From Pelagibacteraceae bacterium (GTDB lineage: Bacteria > Pseudomonadota > Alphaproteobacteria > HIMB59 > GCA-002718135), in assembly GCA_018657885.1 (NCBI GenBank), contig JABHWG010000039.1, positions 1 through 57,761 of the forward strand: a DNA stretch of 57,761 nucleotides. The letters run 5' to 3'. Every line of letters starts with the position of its first letter. Positions within the stretch are counted from its first letter, which is position 1. The position numbers and the translations under genes were made by a program. This document shows, piece after piece, positions 1 through 10,346 of the stretch. A model generated the notes under the pieces. The model searched no databases, was not told the origin of the DNA, and was given only the letters and a program-made list of their open reading frames with translations.

Positions 1-6
1 AGGTTG

Positions 7-693
7 ATGAATAAAAAAATAATCGTAGCAATCGATTTAAGCAACTTAAATAAATCATTAAAATTAGTTAACAAAATAAAAAAAGAAGTGTTTGCTTTTA
101 AGCTAGGCCATGAATTTTTTTATAATTTTGGAATAGATGGATACAAGAAAATATATAATATTTGTCCAAAAATTTTTTTAGATCTAAAGCTACATGATAT
201 CCCAAATACTGTTGAAAAAGGTCTAAAAGCAATATGTAAGTTGAAACCTATCTTAACTACTATTCATATAAGTGGTGGGGACGCAATGCTTAAGGCATCA
301 AATATCAAGACGAACAAAAGAACAAAAATTTTAGGTGTTACTGTTTTAACGAGCTTAAATCATCAACAAACATTAAAGTATTATAAAGAAAATAATGTTA
401 ATAGATTGGTAAAAAAATATGCAAGATATGCAAAACAAAATAATATAACAGGCTTAGTTTGTAGCCCACTCGAAATTGGAGTTATAAGAAAAGAAGTAGG
501 GAAAGAAATGATAATTGTTGTACCTGGTATACGGCCAGAGAAAGAGAATTTTAATAATAGAGATGATCAAAAAAGAGTCCTTACTCCCAAAGAGGCTATT
601 AAACTTGGGGCAGATTATCTGGTTATTGGTAGACCAATTACTGAATCAAAAAATCCATTAGCAACAATTAAAAAAATAAATAAATCCATATAA
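7..693 (+). CDS. pyrF: Orotidine 5'-phosphate decarboxylase
   Basis: OMPdecase pattern: 'VAIDL', 'FLDLKLHDIPNT' (D-x-K-x-x-D active site) and C-terminal 'LVIGRPI'. The ORF track starts at a TTG (4); the adjacent in-frame ATG at 7 is the likelier start. Confidence 0.9.
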   Translation: MNKKIIVAIDLSNLNKSLKLVNKIKKEVFAFKLGHEFFYNFGIDGYKKIYNICPKIFLDLKLHDIPNTVEKGLKAICKLKPILTTIHISGGDAMLKASNIKTNKRTKILGVTVLTSLNHQQTLKYYKENNVNRLVKKYARYAKQNNITGLVCSPLEIGVIRKEVGKEMIIVVPGIRPEKENFNNRDDQKRVLTPKEAIKLGADYLVIGRPITESKNPLATIKKINKSI

Positions 694-696
694 TAA

Positions 697-1329
697 ATGA
701 TCTTTAAAATTTGTGGTTTAAAAAATAAAGAATCCGTAATTTGCTGTGAAAAAAATAATGTAGATTTATTTGGTATGATTTTTTATGAGAAAAGTCCCAG
801 AAATATTTCTTTTAAACAAGCTGAAAACCTTGTTAATCTATCTTCTGATCTAAAAATCAAACCTGTTGGAGTTTTCGTAAATCATAACATAAATGATTTG
901 AAAAAAATTATTTTATCACTAGACTTGAAGTATATCCAATTACATGGTGATGAGAACCAAATATATATTGATGAATTAAAAAATGAATTTGCAATAAAAA
1001 TAATTAAGAAATTTTCATTAAAAAAAAAACAAGATTTAAATAAAATTAATAACTTTAATAATATAGATTATCTAATCTTTGATTACAAACCTGAGAAAAA
1101 TGAGCTACCCGGTGGAAATTCGAAAACTTTTGATTGGAATTTGCTAAAAGATAAGACAATTGCCCTTCCTTGGTTTATTTCAGGAGGAATTAATGAAACA
1201 AATATAAAAAAAATACAAAAACTAATAAATCCTAATGGAATTGATTTATCATCAGGTGTAGAACAGTCAAAAGGAATTAAAAGTAATCAAAAAATAAATA
1301 ATTTATTTAAAGTGTTTTATGACAATTAA
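697..1329 (+). CDS. trpF: N-(5'-phosphoribosyl)anthranilate isomerase
   Basis: 'KICGL', '[11 protein letters not shown]', 'IQLHGDE' and 'IDLSSGVE' match the PRAI TIM-barrel pattern. It sits directly upstream of trpB-trpA. Confidence 0.85.
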   Translation: MIFKICGLKNKESVICCEKNNVDLFGMIFYEKSPRNISFKQAENLVNLSSDLKIKPVGVFVNHNINDLKKIILSLDLKYIQLHGDENQIYIDELKNEFAIKIIKKFSLKKKQDLNKINNFNNIDYLIFDYKPEKNELPGGNSKTFDWNLLKDKTIALPWFISGGINETNIKKIQKLINPNGIDLSSGVEQSKGIKSNQKINNLFKVFYDN

Positions 1330-2530
1330 AAATACCTACAAACAACTACCAAATGATAAAGGTTATTTTGGTGATTTTGGTGGAAGATACGTTTCTGAAA
1401 CATTAATGCCACTTATACTTGAAGTAGAAAAAAAATATGATGAACTTAAAAATGATTTAAATTTTAAAAAGGAATTAAACCACTACATGGAAACGTATGT
1501 AGGAAGACCTAGTCCTCTATTTTTTGCTCAAAGAATAACTGAGAATTTGGATGGTGCCAAAATTTATTTTAAAAGAGATGAGTTAAATCATACGGGGGCA
1601 CATAAAATAAACAATTGTATGGGCCAGATACTTCTAGCTAAAAAAATGGGTAAAAAAAGAATTATAGCGGAAACTGGTGCAGGACAGCATGGTGTAGCCA
1701 CAGCAACAGTTTGTGCCTTATTTGGGTTACCATGCATAGTTTATATGGGAGAAAAAGATATAAAAAGACAATCGCCAAATGTTTTTAGAATGAAATTACT
1801 AGGTGCAGAAATTAGAAGTGTTTCTAATGGATCAAAATCTTTAAAAGATGCAATGAATGAAGCATTACGTGATTGGGTAACCAATGTAAGAGATACATTT
1901 TATATTATAGGGACTGCTGCTGGACCACATCCATATCCTGCGATGGTAAGAGATTTTCAATCAGTGATAGGTGAAGAAGTAAGAGAGCAAATACTAAAAG
2001 CTGAAAATAAACTTCCTGATTTATTAATGGCTTGTATTGGAGGTGGCTCTAATGCATTAGGGTTGTTTCATGAATTTCTAGATGATAAAGAAATTGAAAT
2101 GATTGCTGTAGAAGCTGCTGGTCACGGTATAGACACAAATAAACATGCTGCAAGTTTAAGTGGTGGTAAGCCAGGAATATTACATGGTAACAAAACATAC
2201 CTTTTGCAATCTGAAGATGGACAAATAGACGAGGCTCATTCTATTTCAGCTGGTCTTGATTACCCTGGAATTGGTCCTGAGCACTCTTATTTATTTGAAC
2301 AAAAAAGAGTAAAATATATGTCTGCAACAGATAAAGAAGCAATTGAAGCTTTCCAATATTGCTGTAATTTAGAAGGTATTATTCCAGCATTAGAACCCTC
2401 ACACGCACTTGCAGTTTTAAAAAAAATAGCAAAAAATTATAGTAAAGATAAAATAATTGTTATGAATATGTGTGGAAGAGGAGATAAAGATATTTTTACT
2501 ATTGCAGAAGAACTAAATATAAAAATATAA
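1319..2530 (+). CDS. trpB: Tryptophan synthase beta chain
   Basis: PLP-lysine motif '[11 protein letters not shown]', plus 'GGGSNALG' and '[15 protein letters not shown]'. It overlaps trpF by 11 nt. Confidence 0.96.
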   Translation: MTIKNTYKQLPNDKGYFGDFGGRYVSETLMPLILEVEKKYDELKNDLNFKKELNHYMETYVGRPSPLFFAQRITENLDGAKIYFKRDELNHTGAHKINNCMGQILLAKKMGKKRIIAETGAGQHGVATATVCALFGLPCIVYMGEKDIKRQSPNVFRMKLLGAEIRSVSNGSKSLKDAMNEALRDWVTNVRDTFYIIGTAAGPHPYPAMVRDFQSVIGEEVREQILKAENKLPDLLMACIGGGSNALGLFHEFLDDKEIEMIAVEAAGHGIDTNKHAASLSGGKPGILHGNKTYLLQSEDGQIDEAHSISAGLDYPGIGPEHSYLFEQKRVKYMSATDKEAIEAFQYCCNLEGIIPALEPSHALAVLKKIAKNYSKDKIIVMNMCGRGDKDIFTIAEELNIKI

Positions 2531-3321
2531 TGTCAAAAAGAATTAAAAAAGTTTTTGAAAAAAAAAATAAAAAACTAGTTACTTTTACAACTGCTGGCGA
2601 TCCAGACTTAGATACAAGTTTTGAAATTATAAATACAATAATTAATAATGGTGCAGATATAATAGAAATCGGTATGCCATTTTCTGATCCCATGGCTGAC
2701 GGACCTACCATTCAAGAATCAAGTGTTAGATCTATTAAAAATGGAACTAAAATTACTGATGTTTTTGAGATTGTTAAAAGGGTGAGAAGTTTTAATAATG
2801 AGATTCCAGTTATTTTAATGGGCTATTATAACTCAATCTATAATTTAGGAATTAATAACTTTACTAAAAAGTGTACTGAGACAGGAGTGGATGGCCTAAT
2901 TATAGTTGATCTTCAGCCTGAAGAGGACTCTGAGCTTCTTATCAAATTAAAAAAAGAAAACATTGATTTAATAAGACTTATAACTCCAACAACTGATAAC
3001 AATAGACTTAAAACAATTCTTTCGAATTCCTCAGGTTTTTTATATTATGTTACTATTACAGGTACTACTGGTCAAAAGTCTGCAAATTTAGAAGAATTAG
3101 AAAAATCTATTAATAAAATCCGATCTGCAAGTAATTTGCCAATTGTTGCAGGATTTGGGATAAAAAGTAAAAAAGATGTTGAAGATATTAGTACTTACAC
3201 AGATGGCGTAGTTGTTGGATCCAGTATAGTAAATATTATTAAAAATAATATCCAAAATAAAGATAAAATGATGAATGAAATTAACTTATTTACTCAAGAT
3301 TTAAAAAAAGGTGTTAAATAA
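2530..3321 (+). CDS. trpA: Tryptophan synthase alpha chain
   Basis: 'EIGMPFSDPMADGPTIQ' signature. Its start shares one base with the trpB stop. Confidence 0.94.
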   Translation: MSKRIKKVFEKKNKKLVTFTTAGDPDLDTSFEIINTIINNGADIIEIGMPFSDPMADGPTIQESSVRSIKNGTKITDVFEIVKRVRSFNNEIPVILMGYYNSIYNLGINNFTKKCTETGVDGLIIVDLQPEEDSELLIKLKKENIDLIRLITPTTDNNRLKTILSNSSGFLYYVTITGTTGQKSANLEELEKSINKIRSASNLPIVAGFGIKSKKDVEDISTYTDGVVVGSSIVNIIKNNIQNKDKMMNEINLFTQDLKKGVK

Positions 3322-4163
3322 TGAACTGGCTAACTAATTTTGTTAAACCTAAACTATCAGCGCTTGTAAAAAGAAAAGATGTTCCAGAGAATCTATGGCA
3401 GAATTGTCCATCATGTGGAAATATGCTTCATCATAAAGATTTAAAAGAAAATCTAAGAGTTTGTATTGCATGTAATCATCATTTTCGTATGTCAGCTGAA
3501 GATAGAATTAATTTACTTTTTTCCAAAAATGAAACTACAGAAATTATCTTGGATAAAATCAGTGACGATCCCTTAAATTTTACTGATAAAAAAAAATATA
3601 AAGATAGATTAAAAGAATATAGAAAAAAAACTCAAAGAGAGGATGCATTTATACTTCTAAATACTAAAATTGGAAATTCAAATATAGTTTGTGGTTTAAT
3701 GAATTTTGCATTTATGGGTGGATCAATGGGAAGGGCAGTTGGCGGTGCAATTGTTAAAGGAGCAAAAACTGCATTAGAAAAAAAATGCCCTTTTGTTATT
3801 TTTACATCCTCTGGAGGTGCAAGAATGCAGGAAGGTATAATAAGTTTAATGCAAATGCCAAGAACTGTAGCTGCAGTAGAATTATTGAATACAAATAAAA
3901 TTCCATACATAGTCGTTCTTACCGAACCTACAACTGGTGGAGTTACTGCTTCATTTGCAATGTTGGGAGATATTACTATAGCTGAACAAGGATCAACAAT
4001 TGGTTTTGCTGGTAAAAGAGTTATCCAAGACACAATAAGAGAAGAGCTTCCGATTGATTTTCAAAAAGCAGAATATTTAAAAGAGCACGGTATGGTTGAT
4101 ATTGTTTGTCACCGAAAGGATTTAAAAAATAATATTGAAAAAGTAATTAATCATATCACTTAA
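3321..4163 (+). CDS. accD: Acetyl-CoA carboxylase carboxyltransferase beta subunit
   Basis: N-terminal zinc ribbon 'CPSCGN...CIACNHH'. Carboxyltransferase motifs 'FMGGSMG' and 'SGGARMQEG'. TAATG junction with trpA. Confidence 0.94.
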   Translation: MNWLTNFVKPKLSALVKRKDVPENLWQNCPSCGNMLHHKDLKENLRVCIACNHHFRMSAEDRINLLFSKNETTEIILDKISDDPLNFTDKKKYKDRLKEYRKKTQREDAFILLNTKIGNSNIVCGLMNFAFMGGSMGRAVGGAIVKGAKTALEKKCPFVIFTSSGGARMQEGIISLMQMPRTVAAVELLNTNKIPYIVVLTEPTTGGVTASFAMLGDITIAEQGSTIGFAGKRVIQDTIREELPIDFQKAEYLKEHGMVDIVCHRKDLKNNIEKVINHIT

Positions 4164-4168
4164 TTATA

Positions 4169-5428
4169 GTGGTTACAAAAACAGATCAATTACTTAAAGA
4201 ATTTATTAATCTCCACCCAAAATATATTGATTTATCACTAAATCGACTTAAATATTTACTAAAAAAATTAGGGAATCCTCATAATAATCTCCCCCCAACT
4301 ATTCACATTGCAGGAACCAATGGTAAGGGCTCTACATTAAGTTTTATAAAAAATATTTTAGAAAATAATAATTACTCAGTACATACTTACACATCTCCGC
4401 ACTTAGAAAAGTTCAGTGAAAGAATACATATTAATAGTAAGCAAGTAAATGCAAACAGATTATTAAGAAGTTTAGAATACATAAAAAAAATAAATCAAAA
4501 AAAACCAATTACCTTTTTTGAAATTACCACAGCAGCAGCTTTTCATCTTTTCTCCAAACATAAAGCTGATTTTTTAATTCTTGAAACAGGATTAGGTGGA
4601 AGATTAGATGCAACAAATATAATTCCAAAGAAACTTATAAGTATAATTACATCAATAGGTATAGATCATGAAGAATTTCTCGGAAATACCTTAAAGAAAA
4701 TTGCAATAGAAAAACTTGGAATTATTAAAAACACTAAGAATGTTATTATAGCTAAACAGAATAAAGAAGTTGATAAATTTATTTTAGAAAAACTTAAAAA
4801 CCAAAAGAATGTTCATCATTTTAATCATGATTATAAATTTAAATCAATAAATTCAAAACAATTTGTATTTAAATTTCAAAAAATTGAAAAAATTATAAGA
4901 AGACCATTATTACAAGGAATTCATCAAATTGAAAATGCATCAACAGCCTTAACTGCAGCAATGATTCTTAAAAAAAATAACTTTAACATTAAATTAAGCT
5001 CGCTAGGAAAAAGTATTTATAACACAAAGTGGCCTGGAAGAATTGAAAAAGTCAAATTTAAAAATAAATACATTATTCTTGATGGTTCACATAATTTAGC
5101 AGGTGCAGAAAAACTAAATCAATATCTTAAAGAAAGTAATGCACGACCTAATGTAATTTTTGGAATGTTAAACAATAAAAAAGCTTTTGAATTTTTATCG
5201 ATACTTAAAAAAAATATTGATACTCTTTATCCTATTAAAATACCTGATGAAAAAAATGCATATACACAAGAAGAGATTTACAATATTTCAAAAGAGCTCC
5301 ACTTAATTACAGTAATCAAAAAAAACTTGGGCACTATTAATCAATCATTAATGAATAAATCAAATAAATATATCTTAATTACAGGATCACTTTACTTAAT
5401 TGGGAAAATTAGAAAAAATTATTTATAG
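4169..5428 (+). CDS. folC: Bifunctional folylpolyglutamate synthase / dihydrofolate synthase
   Basis: Mur-ligase P-loop 'IAGTNGKGST', plus 'ETGLGGRLDATN' and 'DGSHN'. GTG start. The accD-folC order is conserved in proteobacteria. Confidence 0.87.
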   Translation: MVTKTDQLLKEFINLHPKYIDLSLNRLKYLLKKLGNPHNNLPPTIHIAGTNGKGSTLSFIKNILENNNYSVHTYTSPHLEKFSERIHINSKQVNANRLLRSLEYIKKINQKKPITFFEITTAAAFHLFSKHKADFLILETGLGGRLDATNIIPKKLISIITSIGIDHEEFLGNTLKKIAIEKLGIIKNTKNVIIAKQNKEVDKFILEKLKNQKNVHHFNHDYKFKSINSKQFVFKFQKIEKIIRRPLLQGIHQIENASTALTAAMILKKNNFNIKLSSLGKSIYNTKWPGRIEKVKFKNKYIILDGSHNLAGAEKLNQYLKESNARPNVIFGMLNNKKAFEFLSILKKNIDTLYPIKIPDEKNAYTQEEIYNISKELHLITVIKKNLGTINQSLMNKSNKYILITGSLYLIGKIRKNYL

Positions 5429-5743
5429 ATTTGAATCCAGCCAAGATTCAAGCATATTTTTTGGTAAGCTTCCAACTTTAGTATCTATAAGGTTTCCATC
5501 TTTAAAAAACATCAGCGTTGGTATACCTCTTACTCCAAATTTTTGAGGAGTTTGTGGATTTTCATCAACATTAAGCTTTAATATTTTAAGGTTATCTTTT
5601 TTTGCTTCACCTATTTCTTCAAGAATAGGGCCAATTTGCTTACATGGACCACACCATTCTGCCCAAAAATCTACCAATATAGGAAGTTGGGAATTTTTAA
5701 TTTCTTCATCAAAATTACTATCAGTTATTATATATGTACTCAT
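5423..5743 (-). CDS. trxA: Thioredoxin
   Basis: 106 aa with the 'FWAEWCGPCK' active site and 'GIPTLMFFKDG'. Confidence 0.95.
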   Translation of the reverse strand: MSTYIITDSNFDEEIKNSQLPILVDFWAEWCGPCKQIGPILEEIGEAKKDNLKILKLNVDENPQTPQKFGVRGIPTLMFFKDGNLIDTKVGSLPKNMLESWLDSNL

Positions 5744-5780
5744 AAGGACAAGGTAAGCACTTTAAGGATATAATCAAGTC

Positions 5781-6473
5781 TCAAACATCTTTAAATTGAT
5801 TTAATGCGTTTATATCTCCAATATGCGCTATATTAGAATTTAATATTTCACCTCGTAAATTTTTATTAGTAATAAGCATATTCCAAATTGTATTTATTGA
5901 AAAAGATTTCTCTTCTATTAAATCAAAAATAAGAGGGTTAATTATTTGTAAACCAGTATAATATAAATAAGGATCATTTTTTTCCCATCTTTTAACTAGC
6001 ATATTCTCCAATTTAAAATCACCTGTTGATTTTTTTAAACCTTGAAAATTAATATCTTTTGATAGTAATAATTTACACGTTTTTGTATCTTCGTAATTAT
6101 TAATAAAATTTAATACATCATTTTTATTTTCCTCTTTCCACAAAGTATCTACATTAGTAACTAAAAAATTTTTATTTCCCAACAAAGTTAAAGCATTCTT
6201 AATCCCTCCACCCGTATTTAATAAAATCTTTTCATAGGTTAATTGAATATTTTTATCTGAATAATACTTCTTTATAAAATTCTTAATTTGTTCATGTAGA
6301 TAATGAGTATTTATTACTATTTTTTTACACCCCAAGGTTAAAAAAAAATCAATGTTATGTCGAAGAAGTTCTTTGTTATTTATTTTCAACAAAGGTTTAG
6401 GTTTTGTTTCAGTTAAATTTTGCATTCGCTTTCCATATCCAGCAGCCAATATCATTAAACTGAAACTAGTCAT
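5781..6473 (-). CDS. Sugar-1-phosphate nucleotidyltransferase, MurU-like (N-acetylmuramate alpha-1-phosphate uridylyltransferase family)
   Basis: 'MILAAGYGKRM...KPKPLL' NTP-transferase loop, plus 'VINTHYL' and 'NTGGGIKNAL'. It overlaps the upstream kinase-like gene by 4 nt, as in amgK-murU pairs. Confidence 0.7.
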   Translation of the reverse strand: MTSFSLMILAAGYGKRMQNLTETKPKPLLKINNKELLRHNIDFFLTLGCKKIVINTHYLHEQIKNFIKKYYSDKNIQLTYEKILLNTGGGIKNALTLLGNKNFLVTNVDTLWKEENKNDVLNFINNYEDTKTCKLLLSKDINFQGLKKSTGDFKLENMLVKRWEKNDPYLYYTGLQIINPLIFDLIEEKSFSINTIWNMLITNKNLRGEILNSNIAHIGDINALNQFKDV

Positions 6474-7390
6474 TCAACTATTAGTGTATCATATAATTTA
6501 GATAGTTTTTTATTTTGAAGATTATATAAACTTTTTTTAAGTCTTTTGATTGTCACATTAAGATATTTTGAATAATTATAATTATTTTTATTATCCAAAT
6601 TTATCCATCTTCCAATAATTCTTGTTTGTCTTGCCGTATTAAGAAAATAATATTGATTTAAAAATTCTCTAATAGGAATATTTTGATCAGTTTTGTTAAA
6701 GAAATATTCTAATAATTCATCATTATACTTATCATCAAAATATATTCTTGGATTCTCAAGAAGGGAAAATACGTCCCATCCAGAAAAACCAATAAATGCA
6801 TTTTGAAAATCAATTATTCCACACTTTAAATGATTATTTCTTTTCGGAAGATATATTAGGTTGGAAAGTTCAAAATCTTTATGAACAAAAGAATCCCATT
6901 TAAAATTTAAATTCTTAAATTCATTACTCCATATATCAAAGAATTCCTCGGCCATATCATCACTAATATTATTTTTAGGTAAATAAAAATCAACAAATTC
7001 AGCTATCTCTATTTTAAAAGAAGAAAAGTCATACTGTTTTATAATATTATTCACTATTGGTTTTTGCGTATTTTGAATTTCTATTAAAGAATTTACAGCA
7101 TCTATCAAAATTTCTTTTGGATCAATAGAGTTTATTAATTTATCATATCTGTTGTCACCAAAATCTTCCATTATAATGATACTTTTATCATGATCAGAAT
7201 AAAATATTTTAGGAACAGATATATTTATATTTGATAAAAAATTATTTACTTCTAAAAAAGATAAGTAATCATTATGATTATAAGAAAAATTTACAACAAC
7301 CTTTCCTATATTTTTATTTTTAAACCGATATATTTTTTTATAAGATGCTCCACTTTCTATTTGATAAAGATCATCTAAATTAAATTTCAT
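6470..7390 (-). CDS. Aminoglycoside-phosphotransferase-fold sugar kinase, AmgK-like (anomeric MurNAc/GlcNAc kinase family)
   Basis: APH/kinase catalytic loop 'HKDFELSNL' and 'IIDFQNAFIGFSGWDVFSLLE', which follows the AmgK-type 'IDFQDA...YDLxSLL' pattern. Confidence 0.65.
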   Translation of the reverse strand: MKFNLDDLYQIESGASYKKIYRFKNKNIGKVVVNFSYNHNDYLSFLEVNNFLSNINISVPKIFYSDHDKSIIIMEDFGDNRYDKLINSIDPKEILIDAVNSLIEIQNTQKPIVNNIIKQYDFSSFKIEIAEFVDFYLPKNNISDDMAEEFFDIWSNEFKNLNFKWDSFVHKDFELSNLIYLPKRNNHLKCGIIDFQNAFIGFSGWDVFSLLENPRIYFDDKYNDELLEYFFNKTDQNIPIREFLNQYYFLNTARQTRIIGRWINLDNKNNYNYSKYLNVTIKRLKKSLYNLQNKKLSKLYDTLIVE

Positions 7391-7391
7391 T

Positions 7392-7838
7392 TTAATTAAA
7401 AAAAAAATTGTGTTTTATATTTCTTGAATTTTCATTAGTAACAGTTAAATTTAACGAATAAAAATTATAATCTTTCAAGGAATCTAAAATAACATCAGGC
7501 CATTCAATAATAGTAATTGAATTATGCAATTCTTCAAAAATGTTTATTTCAGCTAATTCACTACTTTTTGAAATACGATATAAATCATAGTGATAAATTT
7601 CAAAATTATTAACTTCATATGTTAATAGAATAGGATAGGACGGGCTTTTTATAGAAGTTGGTTTTTTTAATTTATTTCTTTTGTAAACTGAGTTAATTAA
7701 ATTTCTAGCGAATGTTGTCTTGCCTGATCCTAATTCACCAAATAAACAGATTATATCTCCTACTTTTATTTTAAGGGATATATCTTCACAAAAATGTTCT
7801 AAACCTATTAAATCTAAAGTAAGAATTTCTTCCCTCAA
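7392..7838 (-). CDS. tsaE: tRNA t6A37 biosynthesis ATPase TsaE
   Basis: P-loop 'GELGSGKTTFARNLI', plus 'SPSYPIL' and 'HYDLYR'. About 148 aa. Confidence 0.87.
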   Translation of the reverse strand: MREEILTLDLIGLEHFCEDISLKIKVGDIICLFGELGSGKTTFARNLINSVYKRNKLKKPTSIKSPSYPILLTYEVNNFEIYHYDLYRISKSSELAEINIFEELHNSITIIEWPDVILDSLKDYNFYSLNLTVTNENSRNIKHNFFFN

Positions 7839-7840
7839 AT

Positions 7841-9007
7841 TTAAAATAAACTTTTTAAAGAATTTACCAAATCAGTTTTTTCCCAAGAAAAAAGACCTTG
7901 ATCTGTTGGTTCTCTTCCAAAGTGTCCATAAGCTGACGTTGGAACATAAATTGCATTAGTTAGTTTTAAATGTTCTCTTATTCCTTTAGGGCTAAGATCA
8001 AATAAATCTTGAACAGATTTTTCAATTTTTTGCTCATCAACTTTATTTGTCGCATTAGTATTTACGTAAACTGATAAAGGTTTTGAAACTCCTATTGCAT
8101 AAGATAATTGAATTGTACATTCATCAGCAAGATCAGCTGCAACAACATTCTTAGCTAAATATCTAGCTGCATAAGCTGCTGATCTATCAACTTTAGACGG
8201 ATCTTTGCCAGAGAAGGCTCCTCCTCCATGAGGTGCAGCACCGCCATATGTATCAACAATAATTTTTCTACCTGTTAAACCAGAGTCACCATCAGGACCT
8301 CCAATTACAAAATTTCCAGTAGGATTAACATAAAATTCTTCATCTTTAAGACCTTCGAGTAATTCATTCGGTATACATTCATAAACATAGGGTTTAACAA
8401 TTTCTTTAACATCTGAAGGAGATAATCCTTCTTTATGTTGTGATGAAATTACTAAAGAGGTAACCTTGCTAGGTTTCCCATTTTCATAAAGCATTGTTAC
8501 TTGGCTTTTTGAATCTGGCTCTAAACCAGAAGCCGATCCATCTTTTCTTGCTTGAGCCATTTTATACAAAATTTGATGAGAATAATGAATAGGAGCAGGC
8601 ATTAAACTCTCTGTATCACGACAAGCGTATCCAAACATAATTCCTTGATCTCCCGCGCCCTCTTCTTTATCACTTCCAGAGTCAACTCCCATTGCAATAT
8701 CTGATGATTGTTCATGGAGAAAACTTTCAACATCACAGTTTTGCCAATGAAAACCATCTTGTTCATATCCAATATCCTTAATACAATCTCTTACTTGAGA
8801 TACAATTTGATCTTTTGATACGGATGGACCTCTTACCTCTCCAGCTAAGACTACTTTATTTGTGGTAGTAAGTGTTTCACACGCAACTCGAGTTTGTGGA
8901 TCACCTGACGCTAAATAAGTGTCAACAACCATATCTGATATTCTATCACAAACTTTATCAGGGTGTCCTTCAGAAACTGATTCACTTGTAAACAAATAAG
9001 GTCTCAT
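7841..9007 (-). CDS. metK: S-adenosylmethionine synthetase
   Basis: '[10 protein letters not shown]', '[12 protein letters not shown]' and '[16 protein letters not shown]' signatures. Confidence 0.98.
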   Translation of the reverse strand: MRPYLFTSESVSEGHPDKVCDRISDMVVDTYLASGDPQTRVACETLTTTNKVVLAGEVRGPSVSKDQIVSQVRDCIKDIGYEQDGFHWQNCDVESFLHEQSSDIAMGVDSGSDKEEGAGDQGIMFGYACRDTESLMPAPIHYSHQILYKMAQARKDGSASGLEPDSKSQVTMLYENGKPSKVTSLVISSQHKEGLSPSDVKEIVKPYVYECIPNELLEGLKDEEFYVNPTGNFVIGGPDGDSGLTGRKIIVDTYGGAAPHGGGAFSGKDPSKVDRSAAYAARYLAKNVVAADLADECTIQLSYAIGVSKPLSVYVNTNATNKVDEQKIEKSVQDLFDLSPKGIREHLKLTNAIYVPTSAYGHFGREPTDQGLFSWEKTDLVNSLKSLF

Positions 9008-9016
9008 ATTTTTCTC

Positions 9017-10306
9017 CTAATATCTGTATGTTTCATCTTTGAATGGTCCAATTTTACTGACACCAATATAGTCTGCCTGCTTCTCACTTAATTCTGTTAG
9101 TTTTGCACCTACTTTTTTCAAATGAAGCAAAGCAACTTTTTCATCTAATTTCTTTGGAAGCACATAAACTTTATTGTCATAATCTTTATAGTTTTCCCAG
9201 AGCTCAATTTGAGCAATTACTTGATTTGAAAATGAAGCACTCATAACAAAGCTTGGGTGACCAGTTGCATTTCCAAGATTAACAAGACGGCCTTCAGATA
9301 AAAGTAATATTTTTTTACCATCAGGGAATTCTACCTCTCTTACTTGAGGTTTTATTTCATCTGATTTGTAGTTTCTTAATGCCTCAGTTTGAATTTCATT
9401 ATCAAAGTGACCAATATTACAAACAATTGCTCTATCACGCATCTCTCTCATATGATCCAAAGTAATAACATCAACATTACCTGTTGCGGTTACAAAAATA
9501 TCACCATAAGAACAAGCATCATCCATAGTTACAACCTCATAACCTTCCATAGCAGCTTGCAAAGCATTGATGGGATCTATTTCAGTTACACAGACTCTAG
9601 CTCCTGCTCCTCTTAAACTTGCTGCAGAACCTTTTCCAACATCACCATAACCAGCCACAACAGCAACTTTTCCAGCCATCATGACATCTGTTCCTCTTCT
9701 GATACCATCAACTAAACTTTCCTTGCAACCATAAAGATTATCAAATTTAGATTTAGTTACTGAGTCATTAACATTAATGGCAGGAACTTTTAGTAGTCCA
9801 TTTTTTTCCATATCTTTTAAACGATGGACACCAGTTGTAGTTTCTTCAGACAATCCTCTAATATCTGTTAAAAGTTCTGGATATTTTTCATGTATAATTT
9901 GTGTTGCGTCTCCACCATCATCCAAAATCATATTTGGTTTCCAACCGTCTGGCCCAGATAAAGTTTGTTTTATACACCACCAAAATTCTTCCTCTGTCAT
10001 ACCTTTCCAAGCAAATACTGGTATGTTTTTAGAAGCAATTGCTGCTGCTGCCTGATCTTGGGTTGAAAAAATATTACACGAACTCCACCTTACTGTTGCC
10101 CCAAGATGTACCAAGGTTTCTATCAATACAGCAGTTTGAATTGTCATATGAAGACATCCCACAATTCTTGCTCCTTCAAGAGGTTTAGTATTCCCATATT
10201 CTTCTCTAAGTGCCATCAATCCAGGCATTTCTGTTTCAGCAATAGCAATTTCTTTTAATCCCCATGCGGCAAGTTCCATATCTTTAACTTTATAATCTTG
10301 ACTCAT
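9017..10306 (-). CDS. ahcY: Adenosylhomocysteinase (short, insertion-less form)
   Basis: '[11 protein letters not shown]', '[16 protein letters not shown]', NAD loop '[10 protein letters not shown]' and 'GHFDNEI'. Confidence 0.98.
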   Translation of the reverse strand: MSQDYKVKDMELAAWGLKEIAIAETEMPGLMALREEYGNTKPLEGARIVGCLHMTIQTAVLIETLVHLGATVRWSSCNIFSTQDQAAAAIASKNIPVFAWKGMTEEEFWWCIKQTLSGPDGWKPNMILDDGGDATQIIHEKYPELLTDIRGLSEETTTGVHRLKDMEKNGLLKVPAINVNDSVTKSKFDNLYGCKESLVDGIRRGTDVMMAGKVAVVAGYGDVGKGSAASLRGAGARVCVTEIDPINALQAAMEGYEVVTMDDACSYGDIFVTATGNVDVITLDHMREMRDRAIVCNIGHFDNEIQTEALRNYKSDEIKPQVREVEFPDGKKILLLSEGRLVNLGNATGHPSFVMSASFSNQVIAQIELWENYKDYDNKVYVLPKKLDEKVALLHLKKVGAKLTELSEKQADYIGVSKIGPFKDETYRY

Positions 10307-10346
10307 TTTTCTTCCTAATAATTATATGATTATTCTTTTAACTTTG

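Noticed and set aside
9008-10346. A SAH or SAM riboswitch controlling ahcY or metK.
   Set aside because: The upstream spacers are only 40 nt (ahcY) and 9 nt (metK). That is far too short for any known SAM/SAH riboswitch aptamer, and no conserved pseudoknot-forming segments are visible.
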